Part shown: piece by piece, positions 51,300-64,000 of the stretch
How the letters are laid out: the number at the start of each line of letters is the position of its first letter
Position numbering within the stretch: position 1 is the first letter of the stretch
NCBI RefSeq assembly: GCF_006345805.1
Contig: NC_043002.1
Coordinates: 17,298,001 to 17,362,000 of the forward strand
Length of the DNA: 64,000 bases
Source of the DNA: Octopus sinensis
Taxonomy: Eukaryota
Direction: 5' to 3'
Translations under genes and position numbers: made by a program
Notes under the pieces: model-generated
What the model was told of the DNA's origin: nothing
Database searches by the model: none
What the model saw: the letters and a program-made list of their open reading frames with translations, nothing else

Positions 51300-51607
51300 T
51301 GAATAAAGATTGTTTAAGGATGTTAAACGAAACACCCATGTTTCCAGAGGTGAATTATTCCAACTCCAAAGAATCACTCTCAACACACTACTCCTGCTCA
51401 TGATCAGAGATGCACATGTCATCAGTCACTAAGGGACATATTCAACTGGTTATGGTCAAACAACTGACAGGCAAATCTCTGGTATTGAGCAGAATATTTG
51501 CTGTAGCCCATCTTTTATACCAAGGAAAAACAATATACAGGATAACACTTCCAATCAAATAAAATCAGAAGCCACGAGAGCCACTGCCTGGTACTGCATC
51601 AGGGCAG
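51300..51607 (-). mobile_element. 5' part of the (TAA)n-flanked non-autonomous retroposon
   Basis: Homologous to 11172-11549. Confidence 0.75.
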
Positions 51608-51625
51608 TTATTATTATTATTATTA

Positions 51626-54600
51626 TTCAGTAGTTTTATTTTTATAGCGTGCTTTCACTTCACTACCGAGCGCAGCTCTGTGTGCCTTGGGTATATGCTG
51701 TGATTTGTTGTGATGCTCTGATGGTTATTGTATGGAAAGTGTTCTGCGTGGGATGTGTGCAGTGCCTAGTAGTGCAATTTTCTGTATGTTATATGTGTTT
51801 GTAAGTCCTGATGTTTTTGTTGTGTATTTGTCCGAATATTTTTTTATCATGCATAATGCACCTACTATGATAGGAATTGTTTCTGTTTTCAGATTCCACA
51901 TTCTAGTTACCTCTATTTCCAGGTCTTTGTATTTTGAGAGTTTCTCCATTTCTTTTAGAGACACGTTGTCATCTGCCGGTATTGATACATCAATTAGAAA
52001 GCATTTTGTTCTTCATGATCTCTGACAACTATATCTGGTCTGTTGGCCTTGATTTCTCTATCTGTGTGTATCGGCATATCCCAGAGTATGGTTGCTTTCT
52101 CGTTTTCTGTGACCTTTTCTGGTGTGTGCCTATACCATCTTTTTTCTGTTGTTATTCCATAATGTTGGCATAGCTTCCAATGTATGTAGGTTCCAACTCT
52201 GTCATGTCTGTGAATATATTCCTTCTTAGCCAGGACTGGGCAGCTAGAGATAATATGTTTCTGCTTTGAGTCCTGCGCTTTTCAACCATTGCTGGGATTT
52301 TTCTTTGTCTATTTCTTTTGCGTTTAGTTTAGTGCAGTATTTACCATGAAGGGGCTTTTCTTGCCATCGTTTTATCATGGTTCGTTGCTGTTCTATTTTT
52401 AGTTTGGATTTTTGTTTTATAGCTTTTGTTGTTCATTCATCTTCTTCTTCTTCTTCTCTATGTTTATTAGGTGATATGATTTCTTGTTTATATTTGTCAG
52501 CTTCCTTAAATACTGAGAACAGTTTTTTGTTTTGCTCGTGTTTTGCCGCTATCTGGATCAGTTTTCCTTCCTTCTGAAGTAGATATTTTTGCAGTACTAT
52601 GGTAGTTATTTTATAGTAGTTTTCCAGCTGTATACGGCCTCTACCACCTTCTATACGTTGTATATATAGTCTTTCTATGTCAGATTTTGGGTGATGCATC
52701 CTAGATTCTGTCAATATTTTTCTTGTTTTCCAACTATTTTGGACAGTTCATTTCGTGTCCAGTTAAGGATATTGTAGCTGTAACTTATAACTGGGACAGC
52801 TAAAGTGTTGATACCTATTATCTTGCTTTTAGCATTGAGCTCTGTTTTTAGTATTGATCTAACTCGTCTATAATATTCTTTTTTTATTTTCTCTTTCATT
52901 TGTGTGTGTTGAATCTTATCTAGTTCATGGATTCCTAAGTATTTGTAAGTTTGGCTTTGGTCTAATTCTTTTATTTCATTGGTTTTATCTAGTGTGATGT
53001 TGTTACTCTTAACTAGTTTTCCTCTTTTCATGGTTTCTTTGGCGCATTTTTCTAATCCAAATTTCATATTTATTTCTTTGGTAAATCTATGAACTGTCTT
53101 TAATAGTGTTTCCAGCTGTTTGTCATTTGCAGCGTATAGTTTTAGGTCATCCATATATAAAAGGTGGCTGATCGTTTTGCCGTAACATTTATATCCGCAT
53201 CCAGTTCTATTTAGTATATCAGATAGAGGTGACAGTGCCAAGCAGAAAAGGAGTGGAGAGAGCGTGTCTCCCTGGAATATTCCTCTTCTAATGGGGATGT
53301 CTTTGGTTTTCATGAGTCCTCTTTTGTTTGGAGGTGTAGGACTGTTTGCCATTTATTCATAAGTGCTTTATGAATTTTATGACTGTTGGTGCTACTTTGT
53401 TAATGGCTAGTGTTTCGAGGATCCATGTGTGGGGGTTGCTATCAAACGCTTTTTGTAGTCAATCCAGGCCATACTGAGGCCTCTTCTTTCTGTGGCTGTC
53501 TTCAGTTATGGCTTTATTAATCATTAGTTGATCTTTACAGCCATATGAGCCTTTGTAGCATCCTTTCTGCTCTTCTGGGAACAGTTTGTTTTCGTCCAGG
53601 TGCTTGTTAAGCCTTTGTGATATCACTGCAGTAAATGCAGCTTTCTGGTTTTGCTGTTTCATTTGATTTGGGAATTAAGATGGTTTTCCTCTTCGTGAGC
53701 CATTCAGACATTGTCTCTGGCTCTGCTAGTACGTTGTTAAAGTTTTCAGCCAGCTTTTTGTGCATTCCTGTTAGATATTTCAACCAGAAGTTGGGGATCT
53801 TGTCATGCCCAGGTGCCTTCCAGTTGCTTAGTCTTTGCAGTGCCTGGGTGACCTCTTCAGTTGTTATGGGGGTCCAAAGTCGTTCAGATGCCGAGTTTGT
53901 TATTTTGATACTCCTTTTTTTTTGGCTGTTCGTTCGCCGACCATATTTCTCTCCAGAATTCTTCCAATTCTTCTGCCGTTGGTGCTGCAGTGACTTCTAT
54001 TTTATTTTTCCCAGTTCTTGGTAGAACTTTTGGGGGTTGGAGTTGAACTTTTTGTTTTGTTCAAAGAAGCATTGGCGTTTCTCGTACCGGCGGATCCTTT
54101 GAGCTTTGGCAAGGATATATTGCTTCAGCTTTTCTTTTATCTCCGGCAAATCTTTTTCTGTGATGTTATATTTGCGGAGTATTTTTGTTCTCTTTTTGTT
54201 GCTCAGTAGTGTTGATTGTTTGCTGATTTCATTAAGAATCGACAGGCCTTTTCTAATTTTTTTAAATTTTGTTTTGGATGTTATTTATCCACAGGGTTTG
54301 TTTGGGTGGTGGTACTCCTGTTTGGGCGGGTTTGGGTGAGTATCCAGCTTCTTTTGTGGCTGCAGTGGCTGCTGCGTATATTAAGTCATTTAGCTCAGTG
54401 ATATCACTTTTTTTTGTTTCAGTGGCTATTAGTTCAGTGACGGCTAGGTTTATGCTGTTTATAATTGGTGTTGTTATTTCGTTTATTTTGATTCTTGGGA
54501 GGTATGGTCGGTGGTCCATTTTGAGCTCTGTGGTTTTCAGTTCTTTGATTATTTTATTTTTTATATTATCATAATCATTAGGCTCCCCTTCGTTGTTTAC

Positions 54601-55417
54601 ATCGTGTTTGTTGGGAATGTTGCGTTTGTCTTCGTGTTTTGCAGTTTCAGTGTTTATATTATTGGCATTGTTGTGTGGCTTCTATCTACATTTTCCTGGT
54701 GTTTTTTTCTTTTAAATGTTCTATTTCTATTTCTGATATTTTTTGGCTTTGAGAATGTATCTTTGTACGTTAGCTAGTTTATTAGGGTTCATTGCTGTAT
54801 CCAAGTCTATATTCTATTATTTTTCTTCTATATTTTATATGTATGTGTTGTTGTATTTTCATTTTTTGGGTAGAGCATTGCTGTGATGTATGCGTGTAAG
54901 ATAGAAATGTATTCCTCACGTGTCCATTTACGTCTTTTGGGTTTTATTTGCGGGACATGAGGTACAACGTCCGGCCCATTATTTTGACGGTCGTCATTTT
55001 CGTAGGGTACCGGTCCGTTTATTTCTGTTGTCACATTATTTCGCACGTGTAGTTTTTCGTACATTTTTTGTTGTAAGTTTAATGTACGTACCGCTCGATT
55101 GTTATTCTTGGGTTGAATAGTATCAGTGGCATTTAATTTCTTCGTAGTTCCTTTGTACATGGTGTCTGGGGTCGGGGATGATCGTGATGTTCCACGCATG
55201 TTTACATGTGTTGTGTTAGAGGTGGAGATGATATCGAGTCAAAATCGTTTCGAAAATAGTAATAAATTTCAATTAGCATTACTTACTCGGATACAGTCAA
55301 ATTCTTTGTTAGTAAATCTTTGGCTCCATAGGATGTCCTTGTTTTCGATGTTTGTGGATAGATTTCGGAGCTCTGTATTTTCCTTCTTACATCTTAAACT
55401 TCCTCCGGTGTTCTCTC

Positions 55418-55418
<1 letters not shown>
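51626..55418 (-). mobile_element. Near full-length R4/Dong-like LINE, subfamily 1 (frameshifted)
   Basis: RRKWTREEY N-terminus, GIFQGDTLSPLLFC, YMDD, RHD, RPDIVV..IDVS endonuclease; (TAA)n on both flanks. Confidence 0.95.
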
Positions 55419-55466
<48 letters not shown>

Positions 55467-55474
55467 CATTATAA

Positions 55475-58400
55475 TTAAAATTTTTTTCCTTCTTTCAAAT
55501 TTGCTTCCATTTCTTGCCGAGCGTCTTCCCGACTCCTAGGGCAAAGAAACTCATAGTAACATTGGTAGGCCATTAAACCAAACTCAATAGTTCGTTCCTT
55601 TTTTTATTTTAAGGTTAAATTAAAATACATGGGCAGTAACAGCTCTCACAACGACAATGCTCTTCTCAATACGTGTGATGTACCAGTTAAGACAATCTTT
55701 TGCACTTCTTGCGGGGATGGTAAGCCAGGGATCATTCTCATATAATTATCGGTTCCATTCTTGATCATTCCTAGTGCTCCTACGATCACTGGTATTGTAA
55801 CCGCCTAGAGATGCCACATTTTTTCAATTTCAATGAGCAGGTCTTTATATTTTCTGAGCTTGACAAACTCTTTCGCCGAGATATTATGATCACAGGAGAT
55901 GCTCATGCCGATCAATAAGCAAGTTTTATTGTTTTTGTCTTTCACAACAATATCTGGTTTATTGGCCTTGATGGTTCGGTCTGTATGTACTGGAAAGTCC
56001 CACAGAATCGTTACATTTTCTCCTTCAGTTACAGCTTCAGGGTGGTGATTATACCACTTGTCGGCAGTTTTGATATTGTAATGGCGACTTATTAGCCAGT
56101 GTAGATATTGGCCAACTCTGTCATGTCTTAATTTATACTCCACTGGTGCTAAGACTTTACATCCAGAGATTAGGTGGTCCACTGTTTCAATCATGTCATT
56201 GCAGAATCGGCATTTTGGGTCTGCTCCACTTTTCATTACATTGGCCTGGTAGTTCCGGTATAATAGGCTTTGATCTTGAGCAGCCAGGATGAACCCTTCG
56301 CTCTCTGCTTTTAGCCCTGAGCTCCGTAGCCACTGATGGGTTTGCTTCTAGTCAACATCAGCTTGTTTGCTATGGGCCACATATTTGCCGTGCAGAGGTT
56401 TCTCCTCCCACCTATCAGCCAATTGCTCGTGCGCTTTTTTCGTTGCCATTATTTTCACTTTCTTTGCAGCAATAGTTGCCGTACTTCCCTCGGGTTGTTC
56501 AGTTTGGGTATCCTTCACGAGATCAATAGCAAATCTTTCGCTTTCCTTTATGATAGAATGAAGCTTCTTTCGTCTCTCGTGGATTTCCACGAGCTTTAGC
56601 ATCCAGTCATTCGTTATTTCGAGATATTTGGCCAGTCCAATTGTGGTTGTTTTCTAAGTTAGTTCAAATTGGATCAGGCCTCGACCTCCTTGGGCTCTGG
56701 GAAGGTAAAGGCGATCTACGTCTGCCTTTGCGTGGTGCATCCTATTACAACTCAGCAGCTTGCGTATTTTCCTGTCTATATTCTTTACTTCAATCATATT
56801 CCAGTTCAACACATTGTAGCTATAAGTAACTGGAACTGCTAAGGAATTTATAGCTAACACCTTGTTAAGTGCATTTAGTTCAAATTTCAGGACTGCACGA
56901 ACTCTCCTATAACATTCCTTCCTGATCTTCTCTTTCATGCTTGCATGCTGAATACCAGAGCCTTCATTTATCCCTAAATATTTGTATGTTTGTTCTTGCT
57001 CAAGCTCTCTTATGATTGTGCCAACATCTAACACGACTGAATTTGTGGTCTTCACTTTCCCTTTCTGGAAAGTGGCCTTGGCACACTTCTCAAGTCCAAA
57101 CTCCATCCCGATGTCATCGCTGAATGCTTTCACAGTGCGCAATAGGCCTTGAAGTTCATTATTGTCTTGGTAGAGTTTTAAGTCATCCATATAAAATAGA
57201 TGGCTTATTTTTTTATTGGCAATGTTATACCCATACCCTGTTCTGTTTAATTCACTTGTAAGGGGCATTAGGGTTGTGCAGAATATTAAAGGTGAAAGTG
57301 AGTCACCTTGAAAAATTCCACAGTTGATGTTTATATTTTCTGAGGCAAGTACTCCATTAGAGTGGTATAATTGGAGATTCGTATTCCACAACGATATATT
57401 GTGCTTCAGGAAGCTTGAAATCACAGGGGAAATTTTGAAGATGTCCAGCGATCTCAAGATCCATAGATGCGGTATACTGTCGAAAGCCTTTTTTATAATC
57501 AATCCATGCGGAGCTGAGATTTCTGCGCTTGTTGTGACAGTTCTCAAGGATCATACGATTAATTAGCAGTTGATCTTTGCATCCGTATGAGCCTCGGTGG
57601 CATCCTTTTTGTTCAAGGGGGAAAATATCGTTCTTCTCTATGAATGCATATGTTTTCTCCGCCAGGATAGATGTTAGGATTTTATACGTGGTGGATAGAC
57701 AGGTTATAAGCCGATAGTTTTTTGGAAGGTTGGTTTCGTTATTCTTTGGGAGTAGGTAAGTAATGCCACTTGCTAACCATTCAAATATTTTCTTTGGGTC
57801 TCTCATAATTCCATTGAGCAGCTGAACTAGCTTACCGTGTGCGCATGGGAGCGATGCGAGCCAGAAATTCGGCACCCTATCTTTACCGGGGGATTTCCAA
57901 TTATGGGCCTTCGTGAGTGCCTTTCTTAGGTCTGCTATTGTGATGTCTTCCAATGCTTGTTGTTGTAAATTTTGGTAGGATCCTTCAGTTTGTATAATTC
58001 AGTCTGCATTTGTGTTGTACGTCTTCTTGTCACTCCAAGTCCTTTTCCAAAAGTTTTGAACTTCTTCCATGGGAGGGGGGTCTTTAACGGTTACTTTCTC
58101 CTTCCCTATTTCTCTGTAGAATTTTTTGGCATTGGATGTGAACAGCTTATTTTGCTTGTAAAACTTGTTTCTCTTCTCAAATCTTCGTATTCTTTGGGCT
58201 TTTGCTTGGACTTTTTGTTTCGGCGTTTCTTTTATTGATATCAGTTCTTCTATAGGTGAGGATCCAAATTTTCTCTTCATCTTTCTACCTGTTCTGGATC
58301 TTACATCATTTCCACATATTAGTTCATTTAATATTGATATTTCCCCTCTCATAAATTCAATTTCTTTTTCAATTTTACTTCTCCAGGTTTGGTTTCTTCC

Positions 58401-59410
58401 CAGGTTTGGTTTTCTTTGTTTTTTCGGGGGCATACAGCTGGTTTCAATTGCCCTAGCAAAAGCGTAAATAATTTCATTTAACTCAGTAAAATCAGGTTTT
58501 AATTCTTATATTATTTCATTTGTTACGTAGTTGCCAATTTGGATTTGTTTTTTTATTTTGGTTTGTATTTGAGAGTTTATGAAGTGGTTCTCTATCATTC
58601 ATACTTGTATGTCTTACAACGTCAAGCATATTCAGAATTTTCTGCCTCATTTCTGCCATAGACTCTCTGTGTTCTTCAGCAAATGCCAGATCTTCAGGTA
58701 CTATTGTTTTATCATTTTCCTGGCTAGAATTTCTTGTATCTTCAGGCCTTTGCGTACTTTGGTCAGATGGCAGTCTTTCAATTAAGCCTCGTGGCGGGCT
58801 ATACTGTTCATATGATTCTTCATTTCCTTTGTGTCTTATATTTATGTCATTTTCCGTTGCGTGCTTGATCGCACTTATTTCACTGTCTGTGAGTCTGTTA
58901 TTTCTAAAGATATCCCTCCTCACATTTGCTAATTTGTTCTCGTCCAAATAGGGCCTACTGTCTTGATTCCGTGTTCTCCATATACTGTAAGAGTTTGCGG
59001 TGTGTCTCTCTTGAGATGGCCTACCTAATGCATAGTAATAAGCGTATATTACTTCTTTATACTCTTCTCGGGTCCATTTGTTCCGCTTACATTTTTCTTT
59101 CTGTGGTGGTTGTGGTGGTGAACTTGGAGGGCTCGAGTTGGGAAATTTCCCGTTGAAGTGACCATCCATGAGAAGAGTTTCTGCCAGTTGATGACTTTTC
59201 GATCCCAGGCAGGCTCTTCCCAGGGGGACGTGCTTCCAGATTAACCATAGGACAAGCGATTTGGTATACTGATTTAGTTTTCCTTTTAGTTTCCAAAAAC
59301 ATTTTGGTGCTACGATAATATTATCATGTTGAGCTTTGATTGGCTCGTGGGGAGACGGCCATCATTGCCGTTACAATTATAATCGTACCATTATAGCAGC
59401 TGTAGTCGGC
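55475..59410 (-). mobile_element. Near full-length R4/Dong-like LINE, subfamily 2 (frameshifted)
   Basis: RNKWTREEY, KSPGKD, GIFQGDSLSP, YMDD, CRFC..ETVDHLISGC, RHD, KPDIVV; (TAA)n on both flanks. Confidence 0.95.
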
Positions 59411-59916
59411 TTATTATTGTTATTATCATCACCATTATTATCACTATTATCATTACCGCCACTATTACTATCATCATTATCATCATCACCATTATCATTA
59501 TCATCATCAATGATATTGTTTTATGTGTAGTCACAGCAGTATCTTATTACTGTTAATTTTGTTTTTTTTTATCATTATCACCATCACAGTAGTGTCTGTC
59601 TGTCTCGTTGGCTGGCTGGGTGGTTGGCTGGCAGGCTGTCTTCAACGCCAGAATTCTTGCCTGTCAAATAATACTTTCATATTTGGTTAACATCTAAAGA
59701 GCCGAGGTGAGGTTTGTGTTGGCTGAACTCTGTGAGTGTGTGTGTGTAGATAGATAGATAGATTATCAGCACTATTACTATCATTATTATCATCATCACC
59801 ATCATCACCATAATCAGTGATGTTTATTTTCTTTTTTTATTTTCTTTTTTTTTGGGGGGGGGGGCAAAAAAATTTAAAATGTCTGCTACTACTAGCCTTA
59901 AGAAAAATTAAGGAAC

Positions 59917-60592
59917 GGCTGTTCTGTATTGTTTGTAAATAGAGAAGTTGTGTTCGACCAGAGAGAATCTTAGCATCATTTTTTTCCCTTGTGCGTTTGT
60001 GTTATTGCAATAAAAAGTGTTTGTATATTTCGTGTTTGTATATTGTGGAGGTTGAACTTGACTTTTCTAGATATGTTTGTATGTCCAGTTAGGAGAACAG
60101 GTGTGTTTTTGCAATAAAAAGTATATGTTTACATTTATATTTGAATATTCAGGGAGGAAGCAAAGAAAAGTCAGATTTTCATAGAAAGTTTTACGGTTTT
60201 GTAAGTCCACAAAAAGAAAAGCGTGATGTTTTTAGAGAGAAGAAAAAAAAAAGGATGTTTACTGAGGCAATTGTGGGTATTAAAGTTTTTAAAGCTAAAC
60301 GAATGTATGTTTGAAAACTGTAGATATGTAAATTTGTAAATTTCTTAACTTATTTTGAAGGGCTGTTCTGTATTATTTGTGAATAGAGAAGTTGTGTTCG
60401 ACCAGAGAGAATTTTAACATCATTATTTTTTCCATGTGCATTTGTGTTATTGCAATAAAAAGTGTTTGTATATTTTGTGTAAGGTAATATTGTGGAGGTT
60501 GAAGTTGACTTTTCTAGAGATGTTTGTATGTCCAGTTAGAAGAACATGTGTGGGTTTGCAATAAAAAAGTATATGTTTACATTTATATTTGA
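59917..60592. repeat. Unclassified direct repeat, ~230-bp matching arms with a 444-bp period
   Basis: ggctgttctgtatt.tttgt.aatagagaagttgtgttcgaccagagagaat at 59917 and 60361. Confidence 0.85.
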
Positions 60593-60608
60593 ACTTATAT
60601 TATTTATA

Positions 60609-60684
<76 letters not shown>

Positions 60685-60689
<5 letters not shown>

Positions 60690-61666
60690 TAGTTTTATTT
60701 TTATAGCGTGCTTTAACTTCACTACCGAGCGCAGCTCTGTGTGCCTTGGAGATGTGCGGTGATTTGTTGTGATGCTCTGATGGTTATTGTATGGAAAGTG
60801 TTCTGCGTAGGATGTGTGCATGCCTAGTAGTGCAATTTTCTGTATGTTATATGTGTTTATAAGTCCTGGTGTTTTTATTATGTATTTGTCTGAATATTTT
60901 TTATCATGCATAATGCACCTACTATGATAGGAATTGTTTCTGTTTTCAGATTCCACATTCTAGTTACCTCTATTTCCAGGTCTTTGTATTTTGAGAGTTT
61001 CTCCATTTCTTTTAGAGACACGTTGTCATCTGCCGGTATTGATACATCTTTTTTTCTTCATGATCTCTGACAACTATATCTGGTCTGTTGGCCTTAATTT
61101 CTCTTTCTGTGTGTATCGGCATATCCCAGAGTATGGTTGCTTTCTCGTTTTCTGTGACCTTTTCTGGTGTGTGCCTATACCATCTTTTTTCTGTTGTTAT
61201 TCCATAATGTTGGCATAGCTTCCAATGTATGTAGGTTCCAACTCTGTCATGTCTGTCGATATATACCTTCTTAGCCAGGACTGGGCAGCCAGAGATAATA
61301 TGATTTATTGTTTCTTGTCCATCTCCACATATTCTGCAGTTACTTGTAATATTTCTTTTCATTACATGTTTTTGGTAATTTCTGGTGGGGAGGCTTTGGT
61401 TTTGTGCTTCAATTAAAAATCCCTCTGTTTCTGCTTTGAGTCCTGAGCTTCTCAACCATTGCTGGGATTTTTCTTTGTCTATTTCTTTTGCGTTTAGTTT
61501 AGTGCAGTATTTACCATGAAGGGGCTTTTCTTGCCATCGTTTTATCATGGTTCGTTGCTGTTCTATTTTTAGTTTGGATTTCATTTGTTTTATAGCTTTT
61601 GTTGTTTCTTCATCATCTTCTTCTTCTTCTTCGTGTTTATTAGGTGGTATGATTTCTTGTTTGTAT
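60685..61666 (-). mobile_element. 5'-truncated R4/Dong-like LINE, subfamily 1
   Basis: ORF 61012..61827 WQEKPLHG, CRICGDGQETINHIISGC, RHD, RPDIVV; nearly identical to the 51626 copy. Confidence 0.95.
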
Positions 61667-61693
61667 TTATTATCATTATTATTATTATTATTA

Positions 61694-61727
<34 letters not shown>

Positions 61728-61769
61728 CATTATTATCATTATTATTACTATTATTATTTTTATCATTAT

Positions 61770-61972
61770 TATTTTTCCTTCTTTCTTCAAATATACTTCC
61801 GTTTTTCGCCGAGTGTTTTCCGTACATCTGGGGCAGAGAAGCTCATTGTATCCATTCCCAGATTACACACGCGAATTCACAGGTAAAATATGTATTTAAA
61901 AAAATTAATGAATAAATAAATTCATGACAGGATGTTCTTTTCACAGCGATAATACTCTTCTCAGTACATGAG
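61770..61972 (-). mobile_element. 3' UTR stub related to R4/Dong subfamily 2
   Basis: Similar to 55480-55680. Confidence 0.7.
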
Positions 61973-62019
61973 TATTATTACTATTATCATGATTATTATT
62001 GTTGTTGTTGTTGATATTT

Positions 62020-62707
62020 CGCTGAGTGATAGCGATGTTAATAACCTGGTGTCATCAATATAGATATGCTTCAGAACATAGCAGCAGTAGTGTACGGAGG
62101 ACTAACATAAATTAAAACGACAAAGAATTAAGGCATTGTCATGAACTTCGTGACCGATTTCCTTATTCCCTTCTGATTTCTATTTCTTGTGCTGTGTGTG
62201 TTGTGTGAGGGTGTGCGTGCATGCATGTATTTACATAAGAGCGCTACAATCAGTGATTTATATAAATATAACTTGTTTTCAGTTCAAATGTATTCGAAGA
62301 CCATTTCTACATTCTATTTGGGGTTTCTTTCTTTCTTTTTATTTCTTTTTTTTTCTTTTTGCTGTAGACAAAACAGTGCAAACACACCAGATCAGTTCCA
62401 AACAGTCTTTATCCGGATTCGATGGACGGATAAATTTAGAATTTGTTATCTTCCCATTGGCATTGAATTTTATAAACAAACATAACACGGAACTGAATCC
62501 CACCATTAAAACGCGACTGATGGCGCCAGCCGGCTGTCCGCCTGTGGTAAAATATTAAAGTTTGCACTAGAAGTGCTTAGCTAATTATTAATTATTACAA
62601 GCTCGAATGTGTTGCTGATATTTTTGAATCAGTAAGAAGGCCATTCACGGCATTTTGTCCTGATGTTATATACTCTGTAGACAGAACGGTGTAAACAGAA
62701 AAAAAAC

Positions 62708-62754
<47 letters not shown>

Positions 62755-62982
62755 CGTGTATGTATGCATGTATGCATATATGTATGTATATATTTTTTTC
62801 TTTCCTTTTTTTCTCTCCTTGTTTTTCTGTGCCCCTTTCTGTAGAAGAGCGTAGGCTGGAAACGTAAAAGACTTTGTTCCTGAGCGTTATACTAATACAT
62901 CTGTTTGTTTTGTACACCACTTGTCTTCATACAAAGATACATGCATATACACACATACATAATACATACATACATACATACA

Positions 62983-63035
<53 letters not shown>

Positions 63036-63400
63036 ATATATTATGTATTATGTATGTATGTATATGCATGTATCTTTGTATGCAAACATGGATGAATGGA
63101 TGGAGGCATGTCTATATGTATATGATTAGGGGAAAAATGTAGTCGACTTTGTCAATGAGAAATATGAGATTGAAGCCGCTCACCAATGCTGAGATTTATG
63201 AATTGTTGGTGGTTCATGCGGTAGTTTGAATAATTCTTCAGCAAATGATATGTTAGTTCTAATTTGCTAAACGTTACCAGTTTAATAATAAGTTACCTAC
63301 ATCTATATATTGTATTCATTCCTGCAGCATCTCATTGAATTTTTCCCGAATAATTCTTGTTTATACATGACTGTGAACTCCTTATATTTGTACTCAGAGA
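62020..63400 (-). pseudogene. Decayed multi-exon DD-TIR module
   Basis: IREKFNEMLQE*IQYIDVGNLLLNW*RLAN (DD); VCL*NSMPMGR*QILNL..KTVWN*SGVF vs LCLHKRDFIPGKWIIDNI..KTVFVLSENF; VLKHIYIDD vs ILRFITVCD. Confidence 0.55.
62835..62870 (+). ncRNA. Hammerhead-like motif in a Penelope-type repeat (variant core CUGUAGA)
   Basis: cttt-CTGTAGA-a-gagc(gtag)gctg-GAAA-cg-ta-aaag. Confidence 0.5.
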
Positions 63401-63403
63401 CTG

Positions 63404-63459
<56 letters not shown>

Positions 63460-63464
<5 letters not shown>

Positions 63465-63653
63465 ACCGAGAAGAAAGAGTGAGAGAAATTTGCAGCGAAA
63501 GAGTACAGCAGGGATCGCCACCAACCCCTGCCGGAGCCTCGTGGAGCTTTAGGTGTTTTCGCTCTATAAACACTCACAACACCCGATCTGGGAATTGAAA
63601 CCGCGATCCAGTGGCAGCGAGTCCGCTTCCCTAACCACCTAGCCATTGCACCT
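63460..63653 (-). mobile_element. tRNA-derived SINE family C, 3'-truncated
   Basis: A box tggctaggtgg, B box ggtttcaattcc; body shared with the 47593 copy. Confidence 0.85.
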
Positions 63654-63771
<118 letters not shown>

Positions 63772-63814
63772 ATATATATATAACCAAGAAAAAAGCAACA
63801 ACAACGGATTAGTA

Positions 63815-63990
63815 GTTTAGTACATTTGTTTCATACCAAGAATAATTTTATGTCCAGTATGCATCAGCTAAATCACATATATGTCTTCCAGACATCCTAG
63901 AGAATGCGTCTATCCTCATGAAGTATTAGGAGTGAGTTCTATGAAGTTTAAAGTCAAATTATAAGCAGACTCAAATTGCTTTCTAATGAT
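63815..63990 (-). pseudogene. TIR C-terminus of a module extending beyond the window
   Basis: FDFKLHRTHS vs CDFQTKFALS; SRMSGRHICDLA..SWY vs SILRFITVCDYT..SWF. Confidence 0.45.
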
Positions 63991-64000
63991 GCACAGTTTT

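Noticed and set aside
59320-59410. HDV-like ribozyme at the 5' end of the Dong element (gtctccccacgag)
   Set aside because: I could not form P1 or P1.1, and the L3 guanine is missing.

Overview
AT-rich, microsatellite-dense animal genomic DNA, most likely a coleoid cephalopod (Octopus-like; inferred from the SINE families and repeat density). I found no intact host gene. Roughly half the window is mobile DNA: mariner and Tc1 relics, MITEs, a Helitron, Penelope elements with hammerhead-like motifs, three tRNA-like SINE families, an ORF1-only Tx1/L1-like element and a 13-kb chain of (TAA)n-targeted R4/Dong LINEs. Main observation: nearly every stretch of non-repeat sequence, translated on the minus strand through stops and frameshifts, reads as a decayed MyD88-like Death domain (DD) - linker - TIR module. 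I count about 25 complete or partial modules, all co-oriented and running off both ends of the window. Several are joined TIR-to-DD in frame with only about 6-25 codons between them. This suggests the fossil of one giant (DD-TIR)n 'poly-MyD88' gene or an extremely dense tandem array. These calls come from by-eye alignment to MyD88/TLR sequences recalled from memory and need frameshift-aware HMM confirmation. Unit coordinates are approximate.
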